A stretch of DNA of 46,788 nt from Hyphochytrium catenoides (Eukaryota; Protista; Hyphochytriomycota), in the NCBI GenBank assembly GCA_900088475.1, contig FLMG01000436.1, forward strand, positions 1 to 46,788, in the 5' to 3' direction. How positions within the stretch are numbered: position 1 is the first letter of the stretch; each line of letters opens with the position of its first letter. A program made the translations under genes and the position numbers. Below, one piece after another: positions 1-11,330 of this stretch. The notes under the pieces are model-generated. The model had not been told where the DNA came from and did no database searches. It saw nothing but the letters and a program-made list of their open reading frames with translations.

Positions 1-73
1 GTTAGTCTGTCTACTTACGATGTTTTGCACGGAGATGATATATCTCCTGTAAGACTTTTAGGAAGTCTCTTAC

Positions 74-98
74 AACCCTAACCCTAATAACCCTAACC
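74..98. repeat. Short degenerate telomere-type (CCCTAA)n tract
   Basis: aaccctaaccctaataaccctaacc: three CCCTAA units with one TAA insertion. Confidence 0.45.
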
Positions 99-1364
99 TC
101 TCGGAGTGCAGAGTAGTCTCTGTGGAAGGACGCGCCACCGCCTGGGACCCGCCCGACCCACAGAGTAAAGTGAGCGATCATCCGCCATCGGCACTTCTGA
201 TCAAACTCTCACACACTCTCTTATGTCACGCTCCTAAGGTAGCTAGCTCCTAAGTCCTAAGGTACTAACTAAGCTCTGTTCAGCAGCAAGGAGCAAGCAA
301 TCCTAGCCCCATCATGACAAGGGGGCAGAGCCGATAGGTAGTCCTACAACTAATCTATTAGAAATTAACAACGCACTGACCTTTACTTCCCGAGATACAG
401 TAAGTAGGAGAGATGGTGATGGAGATCGAGACACAATGTCAATAAGATAACATATAGTTCTAATAAGCCTTCTATAGTCTGAGGCTTCGTGGCCACAACT
501 CGTCAGCAAACCTCCTCAAGCAAGCCCCATCCCCACACCCTCCTTATTAGCCGCCTTTATCGCGTCCCCAATTGAACCAGGAGAGAGCGGGACAGATGAG
601 GGCTCTCGCAGCGTCAATTGCGGCCCTCAAAGTAGGATCAGAGGGGGCAGAGAGGACTCTCATCCCGTAAAAAGGTGATGAATCTGATGGTGGCGAGTGT
701 TGAGAACTTGACCGCCCGTGGCCCGGTGAGGCTTTTGGCCCTCGATAGGACACAGATGGCTTCTGAAGATCTTACGACTCTGCCAGGTGCGCCGTCGCCG
801 ACAAAGGCAGGCTACTTCTGGGGGTTCGTTGTCCACATTATTAAAGTTCTAGGCTTCGTAGTTCTATAGAGAGTGGTCATGGTATTGCGCGGCCCAATCG
901 ACAGTCTGCGAAAGGATATTCTTTCGGAGAAACCTGCTGCCCTCTACGAGCGTCATTATCCTCTAGGCGGTAACCTTTTCTTAGGTTGAAGCGGATCTTC
1001 CCTTTTCTGCTTTCTCCATTCAACTTGCTCTTTCATGGGCAGAAGTCGTCTTTTCCTTCTTTCCTGATTTAGCATCTATCACTTTGTTTATCGAGTGAGA
1101 GGCACTAAGGAGTTCAACACGTGAGACCTCCATGTCCAGTCCAGCCTAGAGCTCCGAGTGTGGTCGATCGAGAAGTGGAACACAGCTTTGAAAGGTACTG
1201 ATAACATTGTTAATAAGAACCTTATAGCGTAGCGTCAATCTAGGCATTGAAACTGATCAGTACGCCCCTTGCTTGGCCGGTGTATCACCGCTTGGAGAGG
1301 CTTGGAGACGTTAGGAGGAAGAGAGACGACAACAAAGTGCATTATCTTCAATCTCTCTATAATA

Positions 1365-2768
1365 TTATGCTGCCCGAAGAGCACGGCTTGTCCTTGTAGT
1401 GGGATCAATCGAAGCCTCACGAGCTCCTTCAGCCCTAGCTGTGGCACTGACACCTAGAGTATCATGTACCAGCTGGGCCAGCGCAAGGATCTTGCTATCA
1501 TCATCATCGCTTCTGGATTTTCGTGACGTGCTGCTACGCCGCTGTTTTAGACCGGCAATAAGCCGCTCGAAAAATTGCTGGACAGCTTCAGCAATAGCGA
1601 CGTTCTTCTCTTCCGCCCTTGCCTCTATACCATCTCGGTCTCCTGCGTCATGGTCCTTTATATCCTCCGAGCCCACGTCCTCGCTCTCATTCCCTTCAGC
1701 TTGCACGGGGATGACCCCAAGCACAGGAAGAGGGTTGCCAGATTCCGCACCAAGAGTCGCATTGATAGCACTTGTACTGTCATTTATAGGGAGAGAGGGA
1801 AGAGTAGATGAGTTGGTACCATTGGAAGGAGAGGCATCGGTGCCGTCCAACACTGTGTCATTCCCGCTGGTCTCGTTGGTGGCGCCAGAAGGAAGGGATG
1901 GAGCAATGGCAGGAATAATCGAGGGAAGAGGGGGTTCCATCTGCATCTTCGCTACGACTGCAGCCCATTCTTCCTCTGTATAGTAGAGTTTGCTATCGCC
2001 CAGACAGTCCGCCACTGTTGTCACTTTCTTCCCGTATCCTAGCTGCAGCATAGGGATGAACTCCTCGGCCGCTTGGACGGAGGAAGGATAGAGATCGTGC
2101 AGAAGGAAGATGCTGGGGCTGGCTCTCTCCACTTCGTCCTTCTCCTCTTGAGTTTGCTTCTTTTCCTTCTCCTGTTTCTCTTTCTCGAGCGCTCCGTTGA
2201 AAACTTCTACCACGTGCTGCTTGTTCCCTATGAACTCTTCTCTCCAGTCATTGGTATCACCCTCATCGCCGCTCCAATGTATCACCTCCAAGCCCAGGGC
2301 CTCCAATGTGCTAAGGGCGTCGCCTTGGCAGTCTCCGAATGGACAGCGAAAGTAGCGAGGCCTCACGTTAGGCCCCAGAACGGCTGCAATCCTGTCACTT
2401 ACGGCCAGGACCTCGACAGCCACTTCCCTAGCAGTCAATGCGGTCAAATTGGCATGTGTGAAGCTGTGCATGGCGATATGATGGCCCTCTGCCAGCATTC
2501 GACGGAGAGTTGCTTCATTCTGCGTGTCTTCCAGCGTCTGACCCACGAGAAAGAAGGTCAACTTAACCTGCTGCTGGGCCAGTATGTCGAGGAGTTGCGG
2601 TGTGTTTTCAGAGCTAATGCCGTCATCAAAGGTTGGGGCAACGGATCCCTTAACAGTGCAATGTGTGACCTGAGGGCGGAGTGGGCCTGCACTCTCCTGA
2701 GAGAGCACAGTGGAGGACAATCCCAGGCCCAGAAAGAAAGGTGTGACATAAAAGGCAGAGAGCTTCAT
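1365..2768 (-). CDS. Secreted polysaccharide/chitin deacetylase (CE4, NodB domain) with low-complexity, N-glycosylation-site-rich C-terminal tail
   Basis: Signal peptide (MKLSAFYVTPFFLGLGLSSTVLS); all five CE4 motifs: TFDDG, HSFTH, RCPFG, DTNDW, LLHD; intronless 467 aa ORF. Confidence 0.9.
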   Translation of the reverse strand: MKLSAFYVTPFFLGLGLSSTVLSQESAGPLRPQVTHCTVKGSVAPTFDDGISSENTPQLLDILAQQQVKLTFFLVGQTLEDTQNEATLRRMLAEGHHIAMHSFTHANLTALTAREVAVEVLAVSDRIAAVLGPNVRPRYFRCPFGDCQGDALSTLEALGLEVIHWSGDEGDTNDWREEFIGNKQHVVEVFNGALEKEKQEKEKKQTQEEKDEVERASPSIFLLHDLYPSSVQAAEEFIPMLQLGYGKKVTTVADCLGDSKLYYTEEEWAAVVAKMQMEPPLPSIIPAIAPSLPSGATNETSGNDTVLDGTDASPSNGTNSSTLPSLPINDSTSAINATLGAESGNPLPVLGVIPVQAEGNESEDVGSEDIKDHDAGDRDGIEARAEEKNVAIAEAVQQFFERLIAGLKQRRSSTSRKSRSDDDDSKILALAQLVHDTLGVSATARAEGAREASIDPTTRTSRALRAA

Positions 2769-3733
2769 ATTTCTGTCTCTGTTCGTCTCTCTTTAACTAT
2801 CGAACGTCTCCTGAGTGGTCGATTATACGCAGTTTGGGAGGAATACTAAGGCCTAAGGACGGCAATCTTGGAGTCGTGGCGGCGAGAGTGGCCGCAGACG
2901 TTTGACAAGAGAGATGACGTTGAGGTGGAAAAGTCAAAACTGAGGAGGAGCCTTCTAGGTTAACAGCCACCGAGAGAGAGAGAGACTGAGAAGGGAAAGT
3001 TCAGAAAAGCCAAGCGTTAGGAAGCGAGAAGGCAGTAGCTGAGTGGGAAAACTGGGCAGCGGCTGTCACGAACTGTCTCTATGAAACTCTTAGATAAAAA
3101 TAGTTAGACTATTTCATCGATTCACTGTCTGCTCTTCTTGGTTGTTATGCCGCCTCAGGATAGCAGATGGCGCCAGGACTACGAGCCCTGTCAGATTCAA
3201 GGACAGATGGACCTAAAGAGAGAAGCAAAGCGTTGGACGGGAGAGGAGGAGGAGTCATTGCCATCTTTTTGATAACGGCATCGTCTCTACGACGCCAGTG
3301 TGTACGGTTCGGCGTGGGATAAAAGTCAAAGTCGACAAGCGTTATCGGAGGAACCAGGGAAAGAGAGAGGGTGCGTACGATGGGCTGTTTCTTTATAGTG
3401 GCAGTGGACGGGAAAGCGAGACAGCGTGCCAGAGACACTGTAAGAGCCAGACAGAGGGAAATAATTTGTCGAGTCAAAGCTGAGGAGGAGGCCAAGGCAA
3501 AGGGCAATAGCAGCAGCAGCAGAAGGAGGAGGAGAAGTCATCTTCGTCTCTCATTCTTGCTGCATCCAATCAGGAGCCAGTGATGCGCCCTTAGGGGACC
3601 GAACAGTCACAGATCACATCCTCACATGCTTCCGTGAGCCAGGCTAGCGACATCCAACTTCCCTCTTCTCTTGATGCAACATTGATACAGGAGAGGGAGA
3701 GGCAAGGCACAAGGAGATAGGAAGAGAGACGAC

Positions 3734-3736
<3 letters not shown>

Positions 3737-3772
<36 letters not shown>

Positions 3773-3830
3773 NNNNNNNNNNNNNNNNNNNGAGAGAGAG
3801 AGAGGAGAGAGAGAGAGAGAGTGAGAGGGA
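3737..3830. repeat. (AG)n microsatellite containing an assembly gap (N at 3773-3791)
   Basis: Directly visible. Confidence 0.95.
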
Positions 3831-5544
3831 AGAGGAGAGGAGGAGGGTAAAGAAAGAAACAAACTGTCTTCACCATGCGCACCTTAGCGCACTCGTAACG
3901 GATAAGCCTTACAAATCATCGGTATGGACACGTAAACTTACCTCATATGTGCGTACAGATAATCCACAGAAGCTGTTTTGCTGTGATCAGCCACATTTCT
4001 GGTGCGCATTCCCAACGCCTTGTGTACCGCTAACGCTCGCGTCTACACCTCCTAAAGCTGTCGTATGGACACAATCGTACGCACATTCCAGCCCTTGATT
4101 GCCCTCCTGCTTGCTTCCTCAGTCGCGTCACTGCAGCGTTCCTTTGCTTACAATAATACACAATAATGACGGTCAAGCTGCCTGCTTTTGAGATGTAGAG
4201 CGCCCGCTTTGCAGAGATCGAGCGGCGGCAGAGAGCTGTTGACACTTTAGACGGACTGCCATTGCATCCGTTTGATGAGCTTACTAGGTGCCGAGATGCT
4301 GAGGACAGCAGGTGTAGAGACTTGGCTCGTGATCTGCAGCGGTATAACACCGTGTATGGCAATGTGCTGTCGTCTCAAAGTGTGGGCCATGAAGGCGGGT
4401 TCTCAGGCCTGGCCTGAGGGCTGCCAGATCTCCCACCTATGCAAAGACCAGCGAGCTCTAATGGTGCTCACCAAGGTGAAGACGTGGCAGAAAGGTCACT
4501 CAGATAGGTTGAAGAGGCCATCTCTTTGCAGGCTAGTGAGAAGAAATCGGCTAGGGAAACAGCCAAGCACTGGCGTTAAAGCGCTGTTTGTCAGGGTGAA
4601 AGGGTATGCTGATCACCGTTGTTTCCTCTCACACTTTCTTCTCTGCACTTGTCGTTATATGTCGCCGGTCTTTAATCAGCTAAGAACGCGACGAAGTGGC
4701 TCTCTTGGCTCCTAGTTAGTTGCCCTACGCATGCTACCTATCGATTCTCGTCTCCTCAATACGCAGAGCAGGGGAGCAAGGCAGAAATTTTGGCAGTGTT
4801 GCTCTTTATATTCTGTGATGGCTCCGCACTTTGATTGCGGCACAGAGCATTGACATTGAATAGGGACGTCGCAATCTTCAGAGCTAACTCCGAGCTAGAC
4901 AGAGGGTATAATATCACGGACTAGTAACCCGATGCAGGAAGACGGGCCCAGCCTCACGCCCATCACTCAGTCAGCCACCACAGCCATTATTGTTGCCTGC
5001 TATGCAGCTGGAGAAAGTGTCAACGGAAAGCTGGGGCCACACCCGAGCTGTCCTAAGAAGTGCTCCAGTGTAGTCAACGTCCGGCGCCGGCCGCACCGCT
5101 CTTGGACATGACTCTTTGTTTCTTTGTTCTACGCTGGCGTCTGTTATATCAGACGTAGATAAGTTAATGATGCTGCATGCCAAGGGATACATAGGAGAGA
5201 GGAGGTAACCCAGTAGCTTAGCTTGCTAGTCAGTTATCCTAGGTCACGGCTGCTGCTTATCGGCCGTCGGGGACCAGGAGCCCTTGGAAGCTAGCCAAGC
5301 GGCAAAGAGAGATCTCAGGTCAATAATGTCACAGCGCCAGTGTGATTCGCAGTCAGGGGCTTACACACCGGGGCTGGCAAAACATTCGCCCATGATCCTT
5401 ATCTCCCACTGTGAGGTAGCAGTGCTACCACTCTCCTTTGTTGCGCCTTTCTTGAGCTGCCGCTATATGGCGTCCTTGGTGTCCATCAGGCATATGTTAG
5501 AGAGGCTCGTTACCTTTCACAGAGTAATTCTCAATAATCTGACT

Positions 5545-5955
5545 TCGAACGACTGATTAGCAGCGCCCGGTAACCCTGCTTGGCCATGGCACGATATTTC
5601 ATAGTCAAGCCACCGTTATCTATGGCGGGTAGGTTGGGGCCGTGGTGTCGCCCACAGGGGCATCATGAAAAGAGCTCAGCCAGAAGTCTTGCTTCCAACT
5701 CTTCGTAGCTGCCACACTGGACGCCCACAGAGGATGTTTCGGTAGAGGATTCTGTCCTCCTCGCATGTCTCTCTCAGATATTATGCTAGACAAATGTCTA
5801 CGACGTCCGTTGGCTGTCTAGTGTGGCCAAGAGGGAACCCAATGAGCAAATGTTTAAAAGCCATTGACAGACGGATCCTCTCGATCAAACACTTTGTCAT
5901 CATCATCCCAATAGGATAGAAGTCGTCTTGGTTGCCAGTTGGTGTCGGAAGGTAG
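5545..5955 (-). pseudogene. Internally deleted remnant of a paralogue of the kinase-HECT-RZ gene (HECT N-lobe piece, HECT end, last codons, 3' flank)
   Basis: About 5720-5955 aligns to 12165-12395 (gacgcccacagaggatgtttcggtagaggat...agaagtcgtcttggttgccagt); about 5670-5717 aligns to 11618-11664; about 5545-5663 aligns to 11265-11373 including the stop codon; indels present. Confidence 0.85.
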
Positions 5956-6087
5956 ACGTGTTAGCGCTTTCTATAAAGAGTAAGTGGGATAATAGATACT
6001 TCTTTGATACGAGGAACTACACTGCAGCACGTCCTGAGAAGGACCACAGATCCGCCGTAGCACTTGCAGAGGAGATGTAGTGCTCAA

Positions 6088-7998
6088 CTACCCTCTATCT
6101 CCCTGTGTTTCTTCTTCTATCTCTCCCTCCGTGTCTCTATCGTATTCAACAACTCTATCAGTCACGGACTCTACAAGCTTAAGACGCCTCCTCGGGCGCA
6201 GGTTCTGCCGTAGGTCCACAGCCTTGGTTACCTCTATGCTGCTTTTTATCAGGACGCAATCGTCAGGATGCCTGTAAGCAGAATAAATGATGCGTATCAT
6301 CAACACCACCATCGTCACTCCACGGTTCAAAGCAAAGCCGAGAAGAGGAAAACCCCATCGTGACACCTTCTCTACGCCGCCAGGGCTTTCAAGATCCACG
6401 AAGCCGGACATGAAGTCTACGCGATAGTTGCACATGTAGTTGAATCCCCTAAGGTACATCACGAGAAGGATTGCGGAGAAGTTTGCGCAATGAAAGAGAA
6501 GAGTGTTCCGGATGCCCCTTCTGCCACGATGTGATAAGCTGTCATAAGAGACAAAGCATGACAGGATCCCCATGAATATGCTGAACATAGCAAAGAACCA
6601 GTGGATCGAAGAGCAGAAGCTGACAATGGCTGATAGTAGAAAGAGGACGGCCTGTATCAGGAGAAACCGTGTTTCAAACATCTGGAAATTCACTGTCCAG
6701 ATGGAGAAGTTCATCAGCGAGACCACTTGCAACAGGTATAATGCGGTGCACAGCGGATATATGCAGAATGCCCATATCTTCCTTGAGGTGGATGAGAAGA
6801 AGCCCGTCTTTAGTCCAAGGACCCAACCAAAGGCGTAGCTCATAAGCACCGCAAGCCTGGCGAGAGGGACAAGGAAATGCTTCCATCTGTACCATCTGCG
6901 TGCAAAGGAGTCTCCCAGGACAACCATCAGCAGTGTACGATGGCTTTCTTCAACGCTAAGAGGTTTGTGGTGATGGATAGCCACTAGGACCTTCAACTCA
7001 TGAAGAGCGCTTTCATCAAGCCCTTCATCTAACACTCTGTTGTTGGAACACCAAGGTGACGATGGCCCTTGCAGCCCTACCTGCATGTCGTCACTGCTGA
7101 GCTCGATCATTCTTTGCCTACCATTCAGTAGCACGCAGTCCTTAGGATATCGGAAAGAGGAGAAGGCAATCCGGACCATAAGGAGTAGCAAGGTAGTGCC
7201 GCGGTTCAGGGCAAAAGTAGCAACAGAGAACCCCCAAAGTGATTGCGGCGGCCCCGCTTTGTCTCCCAAATCTCTGTTACCATCAACTAGTCCGTGGATG
7301 AAGTCCAATCGGTAGTCGCAGACGTTACTAAGACCTTGTTGACCATAGATGAGAATCAAGACTCCAAAGAGACCGACACAATGAAGCACCAAAGTATAGC
7401 GCAAGCCATGTCTAGTCCTCGGGGAGAACCCGTCATAGCCAAGAAAGCAAAAGCAGATGCCGCTGAACATGCCCAGAAGGTTGACGACAATGTGCGGCTT
7501 GAAACAGAAATAGATGGTTGCCGATACCAAGTACAAGGTCGCCTCCACCAGGAGGTAGAAGGTGTGGAACATCCTAAAGCCGAGTGATAGAATCTTGAAG
7601 TTGAGCAGAGACGCCAGGTGAAGCAGATACCAGGCGATACAGAACGGGCTAAGGATGGTCACAGACTTGAGGAAGAAGGATTGCTGGTCCGGAGTGAGGT
7701 ACGACATCGGGAGACAGGAAAGCCACCAACAGATGTATGTCGCGCAGACGGAGATGTACGAGCCCGTCCGCGTTAATCGCTTACAGCCGTACCACCATTT
7801 TGCAAAGGACTGACCGCAGACCTTGATTAGCAGTGTCGTGCGGCTTTCCTCCACGGTCAGATACGTCAAAGGATCGTGGGTTATAATGACCTTCGTAGTC
7901 CTTGCTAAGGTGGAAGCCGCGGGCACCACCTGAGTCGTCCGGAAAGGAACAGGTTTCGGACACCCGGCGGATCCTTTCAAAGTCGCGGCTTCCGCCAT
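6088..7998 (-). CDS. Uncharacterised polytopic membrane protein made of two homologous halves (about 6 TM each)
   Basis: 636 aa from first ATG; repeated blocks LTVEESRTTLL/LSVEESHRTLL, GYDGFSPRTRHGLRYTL/SYDSLSHRGRRGIRNTL, CDYRLDF/CNYRVDF, FALNRGTT..YPKDCVLL/FALNRGVT..HPDDCVLI. Confidence 0.85.
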   Translation of the reverse strand: MAEAATLKGSAGCPKPVPFRTTQVVPAASTLARTTKVIITHDPLTYLTVEESRTTLLIKVCGQSFAKWWYGCKRLTRTGSYISVCATYICWWLSCLPMSYLTPDQQSFFLKSVTILSPFCIAWYLLHLASLLNFKILSLGFRMFHTFYLLVEATLYLVSATIYFCFKPHIVVNLLGMFSGICFCFLGYDGFSPRTRHGLRYTLVLHCVGLFGVLILIYGQQGLSNVCDYRLDFIHGLVDGNRDLGDKAGPPQSLWGFSVATFALNRGTTLLLLMVRIAFSSFRYPKDCVLLNGRQRMIELSSDDMQVGLQGPSSPWCSNNRVLDEGLDESALHELKVLVAIHHHKPLSVEESHRTLLMVVLGDSFARRWYRWKHFLVPLARLAVLMSYAFGWVLGLKTGFFSSTSRKIWAFCIYPLCTALYLLQVVSLMNFSIWTVNFQMFETRFLLIQAVLFLLSAIVSFCSSIHWFFAMFSIFMGILSCFVSYDSLSHRGRRGIRNTLLFHCANFSAILLVMYLRGFNYMCNYRVDFMSGFVDLESPGGVEKVSRWGFPLLGFALNRGVTMVVLMIRIIYSAYRHPDDCVLIKSSIEVTKAVDLRQNLRPRRRLKLVESVTDRVVEYDRDTEGEIEEETQGDRG

Positions 7999-9114
7999 GG
8001 GACTCTTCCAGTGAATGACCTCTGCAATCAGCGATGGGGCTGGTGCTCTCACTCATCCTCTTCGTTCCTAATACTTTCCATCATCCCCGTCATTACGAAG
8101 ATGCTTTTCCTTTTGACAGCTCTCATGAGCCTCGTGTATGTCAGCTTCGCCGGCACCCACCCAAGCGCATAAGCGAGCTCCTCATCATAAGAAGGTCATC
8201 AAGTCAACAGATGCTCTCAGCAGCAGCAAAGAAGATGGAAACAGATAGCCATCCTTCTAGAGGAAAACGTGGTGTCTCTTATCCCTTCAGCCGGTTGATG
8301 TGCTGCTTGTTGCCGCGAAAGGAAGAACACGGCGGCGGCAGTGATGCTGAGCGGATGATGATCGGTGATGGGGCTCCAATGACGAGGGCGGCGGGCGCGC
8401 GGGCAGGCGGAGGGTGCTGAAGCTGTGAGGTGGTGGTTATATGACTAGACAGGCGCTGGCTGTGTGATGATGTGAGATGGGGAAAGCCCACAGCTGTTGA
8501 CCGTTACATGTACAGACTTATTGGTGTTTTCTACCACGAAAAACCCTCTAAATAAGTGCAGACATTTATTACAGAGCGTCTGTGGAGGTCTCATAGGCAG
8601 TCATTATAATAGGGAAGATGATTGATAGCCCTCAGAGCTTGATGATAGACAAGAGACGGCCAAGATTATTAGGATGATCATCAACGCTTGAGCCTCGGAT
8701 GTCGCGGAGCTTGCCTGGCTCACTTGACTGCTTCTGGCCTGGTGTGAGGTCATGGACAGCCGCAGGCCAAGGAGGAGGACAGCCTTAGCGCTACTGTTAG
8801 AGACCTGGAAGTTATATTGTCTGCTGGAGAATGGCAGGCCATCATCAGTGCTGATCGTAAGCTACAGGTTATTCCTTTCTCCTCAACCCAAGGTACTTTT
8901 CCACAAGCTCCTTTGGCCACACCGCGACTAGCAGACTCGGTAGTAGTGTTGTTTGACGATACCTGAGCCGCTGGCGCCCTGCGTGCTGACACTCCAGGAG
9001 AGGGAGCGGAGCCCAATATTTGAGCTTTACACTGAGCAAAACTATCTGGAATGACCAGAATAAATCTGCTCAGGAAACCCTGAGAGGACACCCATCTCTT
9101 CTTTTCCTTTGATG

Positions 9115-10320
9115 CTGCTGCCTATCGCAAGAGGACAACAAGCAGTCATATTTGCCACCCTTTGCAGGCTGTGGCTTCCTCTTGTCTCTTTCTCTTCTGA
9201 GAGAGAAGTAAGTCTCTTTCCCTCCCCCTCTCCTTCCCTCTCTCTCTCCCTCTTCTTCCCTCTCTCTCTCTTTCCTCTCTCTTCTCTGTCTCTCTGTCTC
9301 TCTCCCGACACAGTGCATGTCCCCAACAAGCCGTGCAACTGCGGCCCGTCTGTGGCCCGGGAGGAGAGAGAACAATGGGAGCCTCTCGCTCTCGTTTTGT
9401 CAGTGATTCATGTAGCTCTATCCAGATCCAAACTTCACCACGAGAGTAAGAATTGATACCGTGGTTATAGAGGAACGGCTACTTTCTCCAGAGAGCGTCA
9501 TCGTCACCGAAGTTTTATCCCTCTCGCCCTATCGGCTGCTGTTCGTACCCTATTTCAGATGCGTTTCCAGCTCTGCGGCACTCTGATGTCTAGTGCTCGG
9601 TGGGAGAGGGCTTGCCTGTCATCCACTACTACGTAAAGGGTACTAAGCGGAGCACGCAAGTGTCATATGTTTGCGCTATGTGCTGACGTTCGTGGGACTC
9701 GTACCAACATTCCCTGGACGTTAACCTTGGCTGACAGTTTTGCATTACGTAGCAACTCTAAGAGCAGCAACAAGAGAAGTCGTGGGCGCTCTCGTCTTCT
9801 GTTACTGCACATCCTTGCCTCTTCTCCAGCTAACAGATCGTTAGAGATGCAATGTGGCCAGTAGTACCGCTTCTAATCGCTTACCCATCACTTTGAGTTC
9901 TAGATAAGCATTCTCACATCAACCACGAGCCCGTCCGTGGTCAATACCTTATATCAAAGTGCGAGAACTTCGACGTCTAGGCTCTTCTACATAGTTTGGC
10001 GGGATCCTGCTGGAAACTCTTGAGCGAAGAAAGCACCATATTGCAAAGTATCTCACTTCGTCCCTGGGTCCTTCTCGCCCATCATCGAAACTCGCGGCGA
10101 CTCGCAAGGAGGTTCTTACTGATCACTCACCTTCCATGGCAGAAAATCAACTTAGCTGGTACTTGTCTTTACTAGACCTTGCCTTTTCAGGAGGTCAAGG
10201 GCCCATATCTTAGTCTCTGACATTGCTCGTGCTAGGTTGGTCTCGTAGGAAAGTAGTTTTCACTTTTTTAGACCTTTGATGAGAAAGGGCCATCGTCACC
10301 TTCCTCGCAATTATTGGTTC
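9115..10320. repeat. Dispersed repeat of about 1.2 kb, copy 1 (CT microsatellite near left end)
   Basis: Colinear high similarity to about 19880-21020, e.g. cattacgtagcaactctaagagcagcaacaagagaagtcgtgggcgctctc shared exactly. Confidence 0.9.
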
Positions 10321-11330
10321 TTCCCTATTCAGAGGGTTACATATCCTTTCGCTGCTACCAAGACATCAGTTGCACAGGGACAAATAGTACCAGTCATTCG
10401 ACGATGATCAGAGCGCCTGTGCCAAGATCCAAGATCTGCTCTTTTATGAGCCAGAAGCTATCGCAGTTATAGTCGGTGGCAGCTTCAGGCCAGTATAGTT
10501 ACGGTGCTTCGAGAGATAGTCCATCCGGCTACATATAGCTCAAGCATTTCATCGAAACGCGAGTAAAGGGTTTGCGCTGCCGTCCTCTCTGACCTCTGAT
10601 CCCTATCTCACACGATGAGGAAGCTGCTACGACTCTGTTCTCCTGTTGCTCCAGTTGAGCTGTCCCAATATGGCGTCTCTGGTATTCATCAGACATATAC
10701 TGAGGTTCTCTACCTTTCCTCCTTCTGCTTCCCAGATGTCGCGACGGAGGCACAAGGATAAATAAGCCTCTGGGCTGGGGGATCAACTGGTGCTTGACAT
10801 TACTAACCTGGAAGCTGCTTTCCTTGCGCCCTGGTTTATATCAAGCGAAAGGGTCTCTTCATCAGGGCCGATAAGTAATAATAGCTGTGCTCTAAGTAGC
10901 TAACTAACGAAGACGAAGCGATAAGTACTCTCTCGTTCCCACTCCGGGTTACGGCGCTATCACCAGCCAAACGAACGAACTAAATAAATAGTCACCTATT
11001 ATCTACCTATAGCAGCATGGGTGTACCAACAGCGGGCGGGCGAGCGGTTGACTATTCTGAGCCACATGCATACTTCTAGTCAGGTGTGCCTCCTCTCTTA
11101 TCCGTAACCGCTGTCCCAGGCGGCTTCTGAGCAAACGGCAGCAGCTGAGGTTGCTGAGCGAATATAAGTGAGCGAGCTCAGCCCCATCCTCTACCGTGCC
11201 AGGAAAGTCTAGCTAACCCACGAAAAAAGTCACCTTCATCAGTCTAGTGTGATACTCTACCGGCGAACGACTAATCTACTAGCTCTCGGTAATCTCCGCA
11301 GGCAAGGTATTCATAGTGAGCCACCTCTAC

